Source: Selaginella moellendorffii
Lineage: Eukaryota > Plantae > Lycopodiophyta
Reading direction: 5' to 3'
Length of the DNA stretch: 64,000 bases
Assembly (NCBI RefSeq): GCF_000143415.4
Contig: NW_003314330.1
Coordinates: 712,089-776,088, forward strand
Shown: positions 11,791 through 25,202 of the stretch, piece by piece
Position numbering within the stretch: the stretch's first letter is position 1
Layout of the letters: each line of letters opens with the position of its first letter
The notes under the pieces: model-generated
The model's database searches: none
What the model was told of the DNA's origin: nothing
What the model saw: the letters and a program-made list of their open reading frames with translations, nothing else
Position numbers and translations under genes: made by a program

Positions 11791-13402
11791 ATGTCCAATC
11801 CTTCAGAATCAATAGTGCGCCCAAGTGATATCGGTCCTAGTTCCTCAATAGCAGTTGATGGTAAATACAATATAGTCGATTCAATGTGCTAATGAGTTTG
11901 TTTTTAGTACCACGGGAGGATACCATCTCAATCGAAGGGAGATATTTGGACATGCATATGGATCCGCCAGTGGACTCTACTTGCCTGCAAGAGTCATCAG
12001 AGCTGGTGGAGGCTACTATCCATATCAACGCCAAGCAAGCTGACCACGCTCCACTTGATGCTACCCATACCACTGAGTCAATCTTGTCCACATATCCAAC
12101 TGACGGTGACCAGGCGCCATTGGACCCGCATGAGGCCGCCCCAGCCGCCGAGCCGGTCGTATCTTCATTTCCAATGGACTCAACGTGTGCCCAATCATCT
12201 GACTACGCGCCGTTGGAACCTCCCTACACTGCCCCTGCTGCCTGTTCGGTCATGTCCACTTTGCCAACGGAGGCACCAGCTGAAATGGCGTGTGATCACA
12301 CGCCATCGGAACCACCCCATGCCACTGTTGAGCCAGTTGTACCAGAGTCTACAGCTGAAATGGCATGTGCCCACACGCCATCGGATGCGATTGACCCCAC
12401 ATTGCAAAGGAGAGTATTTCCGCCCTTCACGTTTCCTCGACCAAAACCCTCTCAACGACCATCGGGAGCACCATTCGCTAATATTGTAGATGGTAAAATT
12501 GACTTGTACCATTTTTTATGCTGACGCATTTCATTTCAGAGTCACGACGAAGGTACTGTATCGTTTTTGATCTGAACGGTGTCCTTTTCTCCCATGAGTG
12601 TGGGTCGTCCTCGAATGTCACTGCACCCTCCAAAGCCTACGGTCGCAAGTTGGTCAAAAGAGACAGATTCACATTAATCACACGGGAGAAACTGCGGGAT
12701 TTAATAATGACCATGCGACACTTAAAACAGAGGGCCAGGTTCAATTTGCAATTGGGAGTTTGGACATCCATGATGCGCCACAATGCATTAACGTTGCTAC
12801 AGATGATGCACGATCAGACACGAGTAATATTACCATTTGACTTTCTCCTAACGCAGGAGGATTGCTTGACTATGGTCCATGTGAGGGGTAGCAAGCCCAT
12901 CTTCGTCAAGCCAGAGGCTGTAGTGATGAACCAGACTGCTAGGTCAAGTGAAATCCTCATCATCGATGACTCGCCGATTAAAACCGCAGCGAACACGCAC
13001 ACATATGCAGTGCACCCCATCTCTTGCAGTATGGAAACTAGGGAGAAGAAACCGTATGTTCTGGGGGACCTTGCAAAACGGCTTGGAGCGATGGTGATAG
13101 AGAACCGGCCAATCCAGGAGGTGGCTGCAGAAATCAACCAAATGGCAGATGGAATGGTATATCAGAAGCCATTTGATCGGACAGACACCAGTCATCATTT
13201 ATGGCATGTATATTGTCTAGCCAAGCACTATCCGCATCTCCATAATCTGCTCAACCAAATGGGTTCTTCGACCACTGAACATGAGCGTGGACGTATTAGA
13301 GAAGAGATGGCATTACTATTGGGTTTAAATCCTGATAGTGTGGAGAGTGATGAAATTCCAAGATTATTGTATAGGCATTGGAGGCAAAAAATAACAGTCT
13401 GA
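11791..13402 (+). CDS. FCP1/SCP(NIF)-type HAD phosphatase with Pro/Ala-rich N-terminal extension (transposon cargo, copy 1)
   Basis: Motifs IVFDLNGVL, VWTS, TQEDC, FVKP, IIDDSP; phase-compatible introns 11861-11907 and 12493-12539 join the 11886 ORF to the HAD exon. Confidence 0.8.
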
Positions 13403-15618
13403 GATGGCATGTATTTATTTAAAAATGTAACTTATTATGGCATGGGGTTCCATGCCATTGTATTAATATTAAAAGACAATTCTTTGAGAGGATTTGCATT
13501 ATACTAGAAGTGTTACAGCATGTTATTGGAAGTCTACGAAGTTGTTTTATTAATAAGGGGAAAGTAAAGATTGAATGGGGACTTGGGCTCCACCTAGACT
13601 CGGAGCAACTGAGCCAATATTAAAAGGATGGAAAGAAATTGGACGACGATGACAAGGAGAAGAGAGAGGTGAAGCAGTGGCAGGGGGAGGAGAAGTGATT
13701 GAGTAGACATTTCCTTGTTTAAAATAAAATGGCATGTGCCTCAATGCAGTTGAATTTTGTTATATTTATATACTATATAAAGGTTTGGAAACCTTATTTT
13801 ACAAGTGGGATAATGACAATTCCCACTTTAACGAAATAGAGCTTCGAAGTGAAGTCCGATATGGAGTCCGAGATGGACCCGAAATGGAGTCTGATATGGA
13901 GTCCGAGATGGACCCGAAATGGAATCCGATATGGAGTTCGACATGGAGTCCGAAATGGAGTCCAATATGGAGTCCGAGATGGAGTCCGAGATGGAGTTTG
14001 ATATGGAGTCCGAGATGGAGTCTGATATGGAGTCCGAGATGGAGTCCGAGATGGACCCGAAATGGAGTCCGATATGGAGTCTGAGATGGACCGAGACATA
14101 TCTGGGGCATGGTGACTAGCGCGGTGACTTTGTGTCCAGACTGAGTCCATCTGGTTGTATAATAAATCTCATTGTCAAGGTGAACAAGCCGAATCTGAAG
14201 CTAAAGAAGAGCGATGGCATGCGCGCACACACTATTTGTTTGTTCATTGAGCGTGTGGTGAGCTTTCCAAGATGAACGTCATTCCTATTAGCCAGACATA
14301 TAACTTAATGGTGAGAACATTTAGATATTATTCAATGTTATCTTTTTCTAACGAATCTAATTGTGAAGGTGTAGCAAGAGGCATTGCTAGTCTGGAGAAG
14401 TCATTTAACTCATTTGACCCTTAGTGTATTTTCATGAAACTAAATAACATCCATATTATTAAGGAATTTCTCTAGTACCTTTTTTTTATGACATAGAGGC
14501 TTGCATTTCTTTCAAAGGTGATTTAGTAAAAGGTCTGAGGGCACATGCCATTCTATTTCTCAGATCGGTATTAAGATATACTAGTGCAAAGGGGAAAAGG
14601 TATTTGGTGATCAAGTAAATGGAATGAGGGCACACGCCATTATAAGCCTAAGCGCTAATGGACACCTCCTTTTCGGTACTCTCAGCGGTACTATCATCCT
14701 TCTCCGGGTCAGTTGTTTTGCTTTGGATTGTTGTCTCTGACGTTACTGGGGCGTTCTCAATAGTTGTTAATGTTGCCGTTTGTTCAGAAAAATGATCACC
14801 TGGAGTATAGTATGGGGAGTTTGGAAGACTTATATATTCTACATCTTCACCTATCTCCTTCTCCATCTCTTTTTCTGCCTCACTTACAGATTTTGTGCTT
14901 GCTATGAGAACGCTCTTCACCCTAAAATATGGAGTTCATTGTGTTATAAAAGGAAACCAACACACACACTGCAAGGGAATGATGGTACATAAAGCACGTA
15001 AGCCCACAATATGGGTTTATGTGCCATTAATATGGGCCACACGCCATATTATTAGATTTATGCACGTGTGATTGGTAAATGCATATGTCACATCATCTTT
15101 GTTTTACCTCACACACTATATCAGGCCTAATGAACCATATCACATGTGCGCACATGCTATATATATGGAGAAGTATTATGCAAAGATAGAAAAATTCAAT
15201 GCATGATTGTGGAGAGCAATGGCATGAAGCCACATGCTAAATAACATTTTAGAGAAAGAATTAAAATAGAAACATGCAAACAGTACTGAGTGGACCAAGA
15301 CTTAGAAGTGCACAATTGAATGAGGTATTTTTAATAAATATTTCACTCACCTCATATAGGAATGGCTACCACTCTCAAATGGCGTATCACCTCATGCCAT
15401 CACCTCGCAATTTGTTATAACAATCCGATGAATTCATATTCGGCTTGTTCACCTTGAACTTTAAGTAAGATTTGCTAGAACAACTAAGAATTTATACTTG
15501 TTATTTGTATCATCTCACCTAGGAATGGCGTAAGGCCACATGCCATCACGCCTCCTCTGATTCAGATTCGGATTGTTCACCTTGAAATAAAATATATTAG
15601 AAACTTAGTAAAGGAATA

Positions 15619-18600
15619 TTAATGAATCTCACCTTGAACCCGGGTTATGAATGCTCTTGCTGCATCTCTTGCATGGTCTGGCAAGGTGATGGTGGCACTC
15701 TGCTTCCGCATCTAACCATGCACAACATTATCCACCGATATGCTCATGCTGGGATCCCTTGGATTCAACACCCATCTTTTTTCTAGGCAATCCTTCGTAT
15801 ATCCGGAACATGGCTTGAACGACTCCACAGTTACATTGAAGGAGTTAGTTTCTGCGTCCTCCTCTGCAGCAGTGATGCAGCGCCCCACCCATATAATTTG
15901 TTTTTTATTACTGGGTCTGACAAGCACGACCATTCCTTTGCAGACCTGTACTGGATTGAATGCTGAATCCGGCTTCTTGTTCCTCGGCCCACAATAGTGA
16001 TCCTCAACATCGTTATTTGTCACTGCATTTCCAGAGGACATTGTTCCGCTACTATCTGGTGCTCTGGGTTCTGGCCAAAAGGACTCTTCCAATTCTTCAT
16101 ATACAACCGGCCCATTTTGGATAGCAGATATAATCTTCTCCCAGTATTCGAGCAAAGGCTTGCACCTCTTAAAATAGGATTCTCCACCAAACACCAACCC
16201 CCTCTTCCAGAAGGCAATATGTTGTCTAATCCCGGCCACTATACTTTCCTGGTCTTTGAGTCCATCCGGGTGCATCGGCCGTGGGGAACCCTGAGGAATC
16301 ATAGGTTCCCCAGTTATGGGATCTCTCTTGAAGAGTTCAATGCCGTCCACTGGCAGCCACACTGTGTCCCATTCTCTCATCTTGTACCTCATCACTGGAG
16401 CACCGTCACGCATGCTGAAATGAAACTGAAGAGGCTTGGAGTGGCCAATCAGCGTTTCGGATCCATCCCTGATGTAGCCTCTTACAAACCCCTTAAAGTC
16501 TGGAACCTCTGTCACAAGTGCAGCTTCAACAGTGCCTTTGATGCAATTTTGGAATTCATCGTAGAGTTGTGGGAGGGTGAGGACATTGGATCGCCGGAGG
16601 GACTCTGCCAGGTGACTGAACATGGCATCGACGTCTTCATGAGTGTGCCCAACCATGAGAAAGCCAAGTGTAACCGTTTCAAATATGCCTTTGGCAACAA
16701 GCATCGCCAAGTACGCGAAGACGTACATGTTTTTGTTCTCACTGCCAGCATTGTCTGTTTGGAGCAGAAGATGGGGTGGAAGGCCACATCGGCTGCAAGA
16801 ACTTCCTTGAGATTCTGCTTCGTTTGGATGAGGCTGTGCATTCACCGGGCGACCAGCCTCGTCGGAATGGCATGAGGCCTCACGTGATAACCCTACAATT
16901 TGACGGCCAACATATTCACTGGGATGGCATGGGGCCCCACGCGATACTGCAAGCCTTTGCTCCTCCTCCAGCTGAACCCTGTATGGGGTTCGATCGACAA
17001 GGGCCTTATGCAAGGGTTGGCCGTTTAGCTCAGTCTGCGCACTTTGCAGAGACCTTAAGTGTTTTGCTAGGGACGCAATCATCATGTTTGCACCCCCGCC
17101 ACCCCATAGAGGTACAAAGAAGTTCCTATAGTTCTGGGCACCATGCCCATGAGCGATTATGCCAAACAGAGACACAGGCAGCTGCATGGATGAAGAGATT
17201 GCCTTGGGGGCAGGATTGAGTCGAGGTAAGCACGTCTTTTTCTGGTCCATTTTGTCGTGGATGATGCAGAGGTAAGAGTCAGGTCTCTCCATGGAGAGAA
17301 TCCTGTTATGATAATATGCAGTCCTGCAGCTTTTCTGCTCGATGTTGTGGTCGAGCCGCCTTCTAACCAACGTCTCTCGCTCTTGAGCGCTGCAAGAACT
17401 CTTCGACAAAGCCATTTTGATAGCAGTGCACTCGTCACACTTTGAAAAGCTGGAGTACTTTCCTATACTCACATCCCTGAACTTGTTGCTCCACAATCTA
17501 CTAAATCTAGATTGGCTCAGCTTCCTGTAGCCATTACTCTGGAGTTCCCGATTCACATCTTCCAATATGGCCCCCTTGGTATACATGGAAGGGAGAACTC
17601 GTTGGGTGTCTCGTGTTCCATCTTCCAAGAGGCGGGTTTTATGTGGTTGCTGCTCGCTACATGTCTCGACAAACCTCTTGAAGATTGCCTCTCCATATAC
17701 AACATGACCCCTGGTTTTGTGCGTACCGTCGTTCCCATGGACTGCCTGTTGAACCCTTTGTTCCTCGAACTCAGTTTTGATTCTGTAGAATGTGGTTCGA
17801 GGGACTCCATAAATGATTCTCTATGCCTTCATGCAGACCAAACCCCTCTGGAAGACCATGCCCCCCACCTGATGTTCTGAAGCATCAACAGATGACCGTA
17901 ATGCCTCATACACAAAATTGCGAGCTGCCTTCCAGGACAATGTCTTGTATCTTGCTCTCTCCTCTTCAATAGCATCCCAATCAGCATGTTGACAGCACCT
18001 CCTCTTGCAACAAGCAACTGTCGAGACCATTCGAACCTCCATCGCCATTTTCTACCTTTTCGGTTCGTTGCTCAGATCCCTTTGGCTGCGCTTTAGGAAG
18101 GTGTACTTTCTTTTCCCATGAAGAGATGTTCTGTCATCAGTTGTAGTGGTGTTTGATTGTGAATCCTTCACATTCTCAAACACTAAGTGCCTCAATTTCC
18201 ACCGCACAATGCTTCCAATAGTCAGACTGTTTTCTTCTGTGTCAACAACCTCTAAAATCGCAACTCTAATATCATCCCAACCCAATTTTTGATTAGCAAC
18301 CGCATCTCTTGGATCGACAACTGTGGCTAAGCCCTCAGCTACCACCTCCCCCTCGAGGTTGTTTAGAAACACCTTTGCTTGAATCCATGTAGCACGGTTT
18401 TTAAGATCCATGGAGGGAACATACGTTGCACTTGCGCTGCCCCCAACATCTGCTTTCTTCTGAAGATTTTTCAAGGCAACAACAACATTTACCCTGACGA
18501 CCATCTCTCCTCGTTCAATAGCGACCACATTCTCATCGAAGACAGTCTCTACTGATACAGCAGCATTGCCTTCCCCAAGCCTTTGACAGTGTATAACAAA

Positions 18601-18687
18601 GTTCCGATCCATAGACACAAGGGTTCCTTTTGCAACTCTCTTCCCACCATTCAAAATGTAAACCTTTTCCCCAACCCTGAAGGCCAT
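15619..18687 (-). pseudogene. Sola-like DDD transposase, copy 2 (about 1020 codons in one frame, three TAG stops)
   Basis: ORFs 18052-18687, 17821-18048 and 15712-17628 are in the same frame, separated only by TAG at 18052, 17821 and 15712. Two N-terminal VAxG...V repeats of Tnp1/En/Spm-like type, then CMKA*RIIYGV..FY, HGN, CDEC and the DDD core. Confidence 0.82.
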
Positions 18688-21456
18688 TCTGAAAGTGCAG
18701 AAAAGAAGTTAAGACCATACAAAAAATGATTGGAGAATGGCCTAAATCATAACATACCAAACAACCTCAATAGCATGAGGCCACATGCCATTATTCAAAC
18801 ATGCTATTGATACCCACGTGAAATTTCGCATTCACAAAATTGGCATGAGCCCTCATGCCATTTTGTTATACCCACACATGTAGGCAGGTAAAAACATACA
18901 TGACAATACGCTAGCCTATAGCTAAAGAAGTTAAGCCCATACAAAAAATGTTTAGAGAATGGCCTAGATCATAACTTACAAGACAACCCCAATACCAATA
19001 GGCCACATGCCATTTGTCGAACGTGATATTGATTCTCACGATAAATTTGCCGGTCACAAAGATGGCATGAGGCCTCATGCCATCTTGATATACACACAGC
19101 TGTAGGCAAGTAAAAACATACATGACAATACGCTAGCCATGAAATTGCAAGGGCCCAAGATGGCATGTGGCCTCATGCCATTTCTAAATATGGTCCTAAG
19201 CCATTCCATAGTGAACATACCAGGAAGCACAAGTGCCGAATATCAAGAGGAAGCAGTAGCCACACCAAAGACAGTGCCGCTCGCAACACCGCAACTACTC
19301 GTAGCGCTGCTCGCAACACCGCAACTGCTCGTAGCGCCGCTCGCACAAACTGCCACTCGCATAAACTGCCGCTCGCAATGGCGCTCGCAATGCTGCAACC
19401 GCTCATAGACGCATAAACCACAGCTCACAACGCCGCTTACACAAGCAGCGCTCACTACGCTCAGCGGAACCAAGAACACGGCGCACAAAAATGATAGACC
19501 TAGGAATGAGTTCGAGAATTCAAAAATAACACATGCTTGAACGTCATATCAAATCCTCTGACAAACCAGATCTTATGATTCCTCTAACAAATTTCAAACT
19601 GAGTAGCTTCTAGACTTTGCTGTCGGAGGTTGAACTTTGTCACATCATGTCCTTGCCTCGATCCAGCTGTGCCATGTCAGTGATTCGAACTTTGCCATGC
19701 CATGTCAGCGATCTGCGCCAAGATTATTCGCCGTGTAAAGGAATAATTATGCTGTGTGTGTACGTCCATTTATGGCAATATAAGGCCACATGCCATTCAA
19801 AGAATAATGCTAGTCGAGCATTTTTTGGTGCATTTTTGGGTTCAAAATTGCATGAGCCCACACGCTATAAAGTTTACCTGTACCAAAAATAGAAACAGCT
19901 TTATTTACTTGGGAATTTAAGTGGTTGAGGCATTTTTAAACTTACAAACACATGCCCTACTTACATTCCTTTGGTTGCTTAAAATTCAAAAATATTATAA
20001 ACGTTTCTTTTTGCATTTTCAATATTTTCAATTATGGTTTTTGATTTTCGCAGGACCAGCCTAGTAATCTATTTGCATCCCGTCATGTTTATAGCTAGCT
20101 TTCGTTTGTCCCCTTCGCTAGCCTGAGATACATCTACTCGGCATCTGCCTCTTACAGCATTTGCCCAGAAAGGGCATCTTTCTTCACGCAGCATTTGCCA
20201 CATGTTTAGGGTTTAGGGTTTAGGGTTTAGCAATTCAGTAGCTTGATAAACATGCAAATATAGAACTTGATGCAAAATCCTTTGATATGTTATAATGCCC
20301 CTAGGACCATAAACACATTTCAATAGAGAGGGTCCTTTCATTTCATAACTCCTTACGTAGATCTTGGTGAAACCAGAGTTAGTGAAGTTAGTTTCTTGTG
20401 ATCCCGCATCTGATTGTGATGTCCCTTTGCAGTGTCGATGGAAAGGTCAATGCACACCAAACTGTAAAATCTTGGAGCAAAATAACAGTCGGATCTATGG
20501 CAAATGCCCCTGAAACATTGTAAGGCTCGTGTGGTCTCATGTGGTGTCCGATCGAGATGCTTCTTTACAGGGTCATCAAGAAAGACATTGTATACCATTC
20601 TGTAAAATCTAGTTGCGATCTAACGGTTGGATCTCCAGAAAACTCAAAAAACTCTCGTGCGTGTCAGAATATTCTAGGAATATACTCCTATGTGCCCCTG
20701 AAAATGGCATGCAGCCCCACGCCATTCAAGAAATAACGCCAGATGATGCCGAGCATTTTTTGGTGCATTTTTTGGGATTTTTTGTATACCATTCTTTATT
20801 TAGCTGAACATCTGGCATTTTTGGAAATACAAGATGCTTTGGAATATCCAATCATGCATGGTATAAATATAGCGAGGGTATTAAATGATATCCCAATCAT
20901 GATCTTTCTTTTGGATTTCACGTGCATGCAGTTCGAGGAATGATGACGTTGCGGATTTCTTTTGGATTTCACGTGCATGCATGCGCGCGGCGATCCAGAA
21001 ATTAATGGTGGCGCCCAAGTCCGAGGAATGATGACGTGGCGGGATTACCAACCGTCGTGACATTTCACGCGTGTGAGGTTAGGTTTTGCATTTTGCTTCG
21101 TACTCGCGCTCGCATCGCGCTCCCACTCACGATCACGCTCACATTCGCGCTCATCTACCTTCTTTACAGATTTCTCATGTGCATCGGCGTCCACTCACGC
21201 TTGCATCACACTTGCACTCGCATCGCGCTCATGTGCATCGGCGTCCACTTCAAGACACACCCAGTTTGTAACTTCGCCGCCAACTCTGCCGCCCACTCCG
21301 CCACCCACACGTAGCCCACTTGGCGTCCCGGGAGATTTCAGCGCCACTCTCCAATTGTAAGTGGCAGAGTAGCCTTGCTACCACGATCTGCTGCACACAC
21401 AGTGCACATTCGCCAGCGAGTCCAGCCTCGATTGTCACGCCTCCATTCGGCTTTAA

Positions 21457-24400
21457 ATGGTAAATCTTTTAGGCCAAGTAGAAAATGGCATGAGGCCACA
21501 TGCCATTCAGTAGCAACATTGGCATGCACCGATTGGGCTCTCGAGTGCAGTCCGGTTACAAATGGCGTGTAGCCTCACGCCATCTTAGGATGCAGCCTCA
21601 AGACATCTGATGCAGTGGTGAATGGCGTGTGGCCTCACGTTATTTCCAGCTGCTAGCTTTTCATCTGTCAGCTCTAATTGTTGTGCATTTCTGAACAGGC
21701 GAGGAATTGTGTTCTTCTTCCAGCCACTGTCAATGTGGATGCAGAGAAGGGGGAGGAGCTCACCAGTTGGACTTTCGGGATAGAAGGCGAGGATCTGAGG
21801 CTGTACAACACAGATGGTGGGAGAAAAGAATGCATGGGGATCCTCATCCAAGTGACAGACACTCCATGCAGTTCCATGCAAGAATATGGACTGGCACTTG
21901 TGGTAGAGACAACGTCCGCCTTCAAGATCCACCTTGCACATCCTAGCGGCTTCCCGGAGGGGGGCAGCGGCTATGAGGAATTCCTAGAGGGAGCTAGGGA
22001 GAGGTTGTCCAAGAGGCCCACAATTTCAAAGACGCTGCGGGTCTATGAAGATCACATGGAATCCACGGACCTCACCTACGGCGATGTTCAAAAACTATAT
22101 TCCAACATTGAGCTGTTGAGAGTGCCTTCAGTTCACGAAGCGAAGGGGAAGGGGGTCGATCTGGAAACTACCCCGAAGCAGAAAAGGGTGGTCAAGCTCA
22201 AGTCGACGTCCGACTCTCCTGCTCCAAAAAAGAAGCTACTCGGTGATGCCATTACCTCGGGTTCGAACACTACACCCACCAAAAAGAAGAGCCGCAAAGA
22301 GCAGAAAGAGCAAGAAGAGGCAGCAAAAATTGTCGCAGATAATAGTACTTGTTACTATTCCAACAAAGTATATACAATCGACGTGAGCCATATCGACATC
22401 CAAAGCAAATACAACCACAGGCTAGTATCTGATGAGTGGGTGGAGAAACTGAAGCAGAAGATGCTGGCAAGTCCAGTAACACCCGACATCGCAGACGTGA
22501 TCCCCTACTACCGAACAATGAAGGGCGAGACGAGGTTTCCAGACTTGATCAATAGGAAGGTGTTGGACGATCAGAACATCCGGTTCTATGCCGTCTTCGG
22601 GCAGCATTCTAGCTTGGCGATGCAAGAGATAGTTGTGGATATTATGGTGGGCGAGGAGGTGAAGAAAGTCTTCAAGACAAGAGTTGTCCGCCTGATAAAA
22701 GGCAACTCACCCCTCCGATCTATCATATACATCTCCCACGCACAGAATGTCAAGCAAGAAACGTGCTACAAATCGGGTCTGCACGAGACATTGGCACGAA
22801 CACGGAAGCTCTGGGTTCAACTGAAGAAGCCACAAAAACCAGGACAAGGACATGCACTAGCAACTAGCGCCTGGTAGGTAAGCCTCGTTACATGTGGCAT
22901 AGCATGTGGCCTCACGCCATTTCCATTGCAAGAATTCTCGAGTCTTCTCTCGAAAACACTGGGGGTCAATGACACACTCAGCATCCATAACATTCTACTC
23001 GCGACAAAAATTGTTTTTGACAAATGGGTAGATGTGCTGAGGAGGTACCATGACGGGGAGTTGCTAAACTCAATGGGTGTGGAGGACGGTCGGAAGCCCA
23101 ATGATTTGAAGCTCGACGCCTTGCGTTTCTCGCGGTCTCTAGACGACGACGACCTTCTGACAGTGGCTAATGCTCTTCTACGTGGTGAGGTAGTTTTCAA
23201 CAAGACCAAAATGACTCCCGGCCATATTGTGACATACGAGGACTTGTGCACGACTCTGAGAGCTCGTGCGCTATTGAAGGATTGGATTTTCGAGCAAGTG
23301 GCCATGGAGAGGGTGAGCATCGACACCACGCAAGAGATGATGGAAGCGCTGGAGTTGTCAAATGAAGACATCGACGAGTACGTGAAGGGGGCCCCCAAGT
23401 TCATCGATCTGCTGCGGGATGCCACGAAAAGTAAAGCTGAAAAGTTGGATCAGTATCCAAATTTCATTAAGAGGGATGTCGACCGCCGGCTTTAGAAACA
23501 GCTCGACCCCGCAGCAGAGGCCTATCGAGAACCTTACCGGGTATACGTGAATTCGGATGAGGATCAAAGGTGGAGGAGCATCGTTTCCCGCGGAGATGAG
23601 CAGGTCAAGAACATCTTTTGTGTGATGGACTTCACAAACGAGGAAATCACTCATGCAGACGAAGTCAGCTCCATCATTGACTTAATGGTGGGACTTGCGG
23701 AGGTGGAATCTTCAGTCCACTATCTGATCTACGACTCCGAATCCTATCACAAGTTCTGGAAGGCCTTGAACGAGGTGAAGGCTCGGTTGAAAGGCAAGGA
23801 GATGCGGGAGATCCATGGGATAATGGCTAAGAAGAAAGGAAATGCTCAGCTGGGTCTTCAACGCAATAGCGGGTGGGTCACCTGCTTCCGACTCCAAGGG
23901 CAAATGCGTTGTCGAGTACAACTGCGGCGGACTATTCTTTCGAGCCGCACTACTCAAGGGTGTCCCGTGTGTTGCGGTGACAAACTCCATTGAAGAGGTG
24001 ACTTCAATGGAGCATATAATTACAGTAGCCAAAGAAAAACAGTATCTTCTCTACGAACCTGGTGAGTACGCACTTTAAGTTTAAATGTTATCTCACAAGC
24101 TCTGTATGCAGGAGCGTGGCCACCCCCAGATGCTGAAACGGCGTTAACAGCTATTGTTGAAGATACCCATGTTGGGTCGAGCTCACAACCTGCACAAGGT
24201 AAGGTCACGTGAGGCCTCACGCCATTTTGATTATAGATCGTTGTGAATATTCAGACACGAGGACTGAAAAGCGCACTGGTGGCGCGTTGAAGAAGGACAA
24301 ACAGACAAGCAATAGGAAAAAAGGAGGTACAAATTATATTTGCAATGGCATGTGGTCTCATGCCATTCCTTGCAGGAGACACTTCTTCAAAGGCAAAACA

Positions 24401-25202
24401 GGCAAGCACCAGCCAATCTCAAACTGACAGTGGTCATAAAAAGCGAAAGCACGTTGGACAGTCGTCGGGATCAGAGGCGTTTGATTCGAAAAGGAAGAAG
24501 GGCAACGAAAAGATGATAGGTAATGCCTCGCGGTCACCACCTCCTGACTCAGATTCCTATGGCGGACTCCCCTTCCCCAATCTCAATGGAGAGGTACAAT
24601 GGATGAGGGATGCTTTTCAAGTCAGGGCCATGTTTTTCTCATCTCGTTGTCTTCGAAGGGTGCAAGAACGTGCAGAAACCATGTTAAGACAGTCGGGTGA
24701 GGATACGGTCCTAGGTCACGCACTAAAACAGGCTATGGATGTCTTGTATTTTGAGATGGAGACTCGGCCAAATGATTTTCCCAAGATGGTCTTGGAAGAA
24801 CAAGCCATCCAGCCTGAGCAGCCTATGGAAGAAATGCAGGAGGGGGATGAGGAGCCAGAGAAAGATAATGAGCAGGAAGAGCAGAAGGACGAAGAGGAGG
24901 ACAAAGAAGAGGAGGACGAAGAAGAGGAGGACGAAGAGGACTTGGATGGTCCTCACAATGGTGACGATCACAATAACGACGACGACGATGATGACGACGA
25001 TGGCCAACCTGAGGTGGCCAAAGAGCAGCGGAGGAAGGTCATACAAGACAAACCATCAGGTAAATAATAGTACATCCATTCCTAACCTTTTACCATTTCT
25101 AACATTGTCCATGTAGGTCGCAGAGCAAATGGTAAGTAGAGATTATTCAATTGAATTTACAAACTCTAGCCTTTAGTGTCGAGGAAGGATAGTGCCAAGT
25201 AA
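21457..25202 (+). pseudogene. ParB-like/MTase-like cargo gene, copy 2 (stop and three deletions)
   Basis: Homologous to 7097-11778; FGQHS motif; TAG at 22875 and 23493; deletions near 23838, 24416 and 24533 relative to copy 1. Confidence 0.6.

Larger units (their letters stand above)
518..13750. repeat. Dispersed 22-bp palindrome ATGGCRTG-N6-CAYGCCAT, about 30 copies including degenerate ones (also throughout copy 2)
   Basis: Good copies at 1683, 1829, 4729, 4799, 6330, 7125, 7202, 8539, 10177, 10898, 11053, 12285, 12360, 13437; not seen outside the two transposon copies. Confidence 0.9.
292..13844. mobile_element. Large TIR DNA transposon, copy 1 (Sola-like DDD transposase plus ParB-like/MTase-like/HAD cargo)
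   Basis: Perfect 24-bp TIRs at 292-315 and 13821-13844; 4-bp TSD CGAA at 288-291 and 13845-13848; the empty site ATAGACC-CGAA-GTGAAG is visible in the sister LTR at 32334-32350. Confidence 0.95.

Noticed and set aside
518-13750. Palindromes as a CRISPR array
   Set aside because: Spacing is irregular, copies are degenerate and lie in introns and exons, there are no cas genes and the context is eukaryotic.
13734-14150. MESEMESD / RTPS / LGLH repeat ORFs (also 31807-33012, 43220-43617, 48723-48989, 52713-53303)
   Set aside because: They are translations of the LTR minisatellite, open in several frames.
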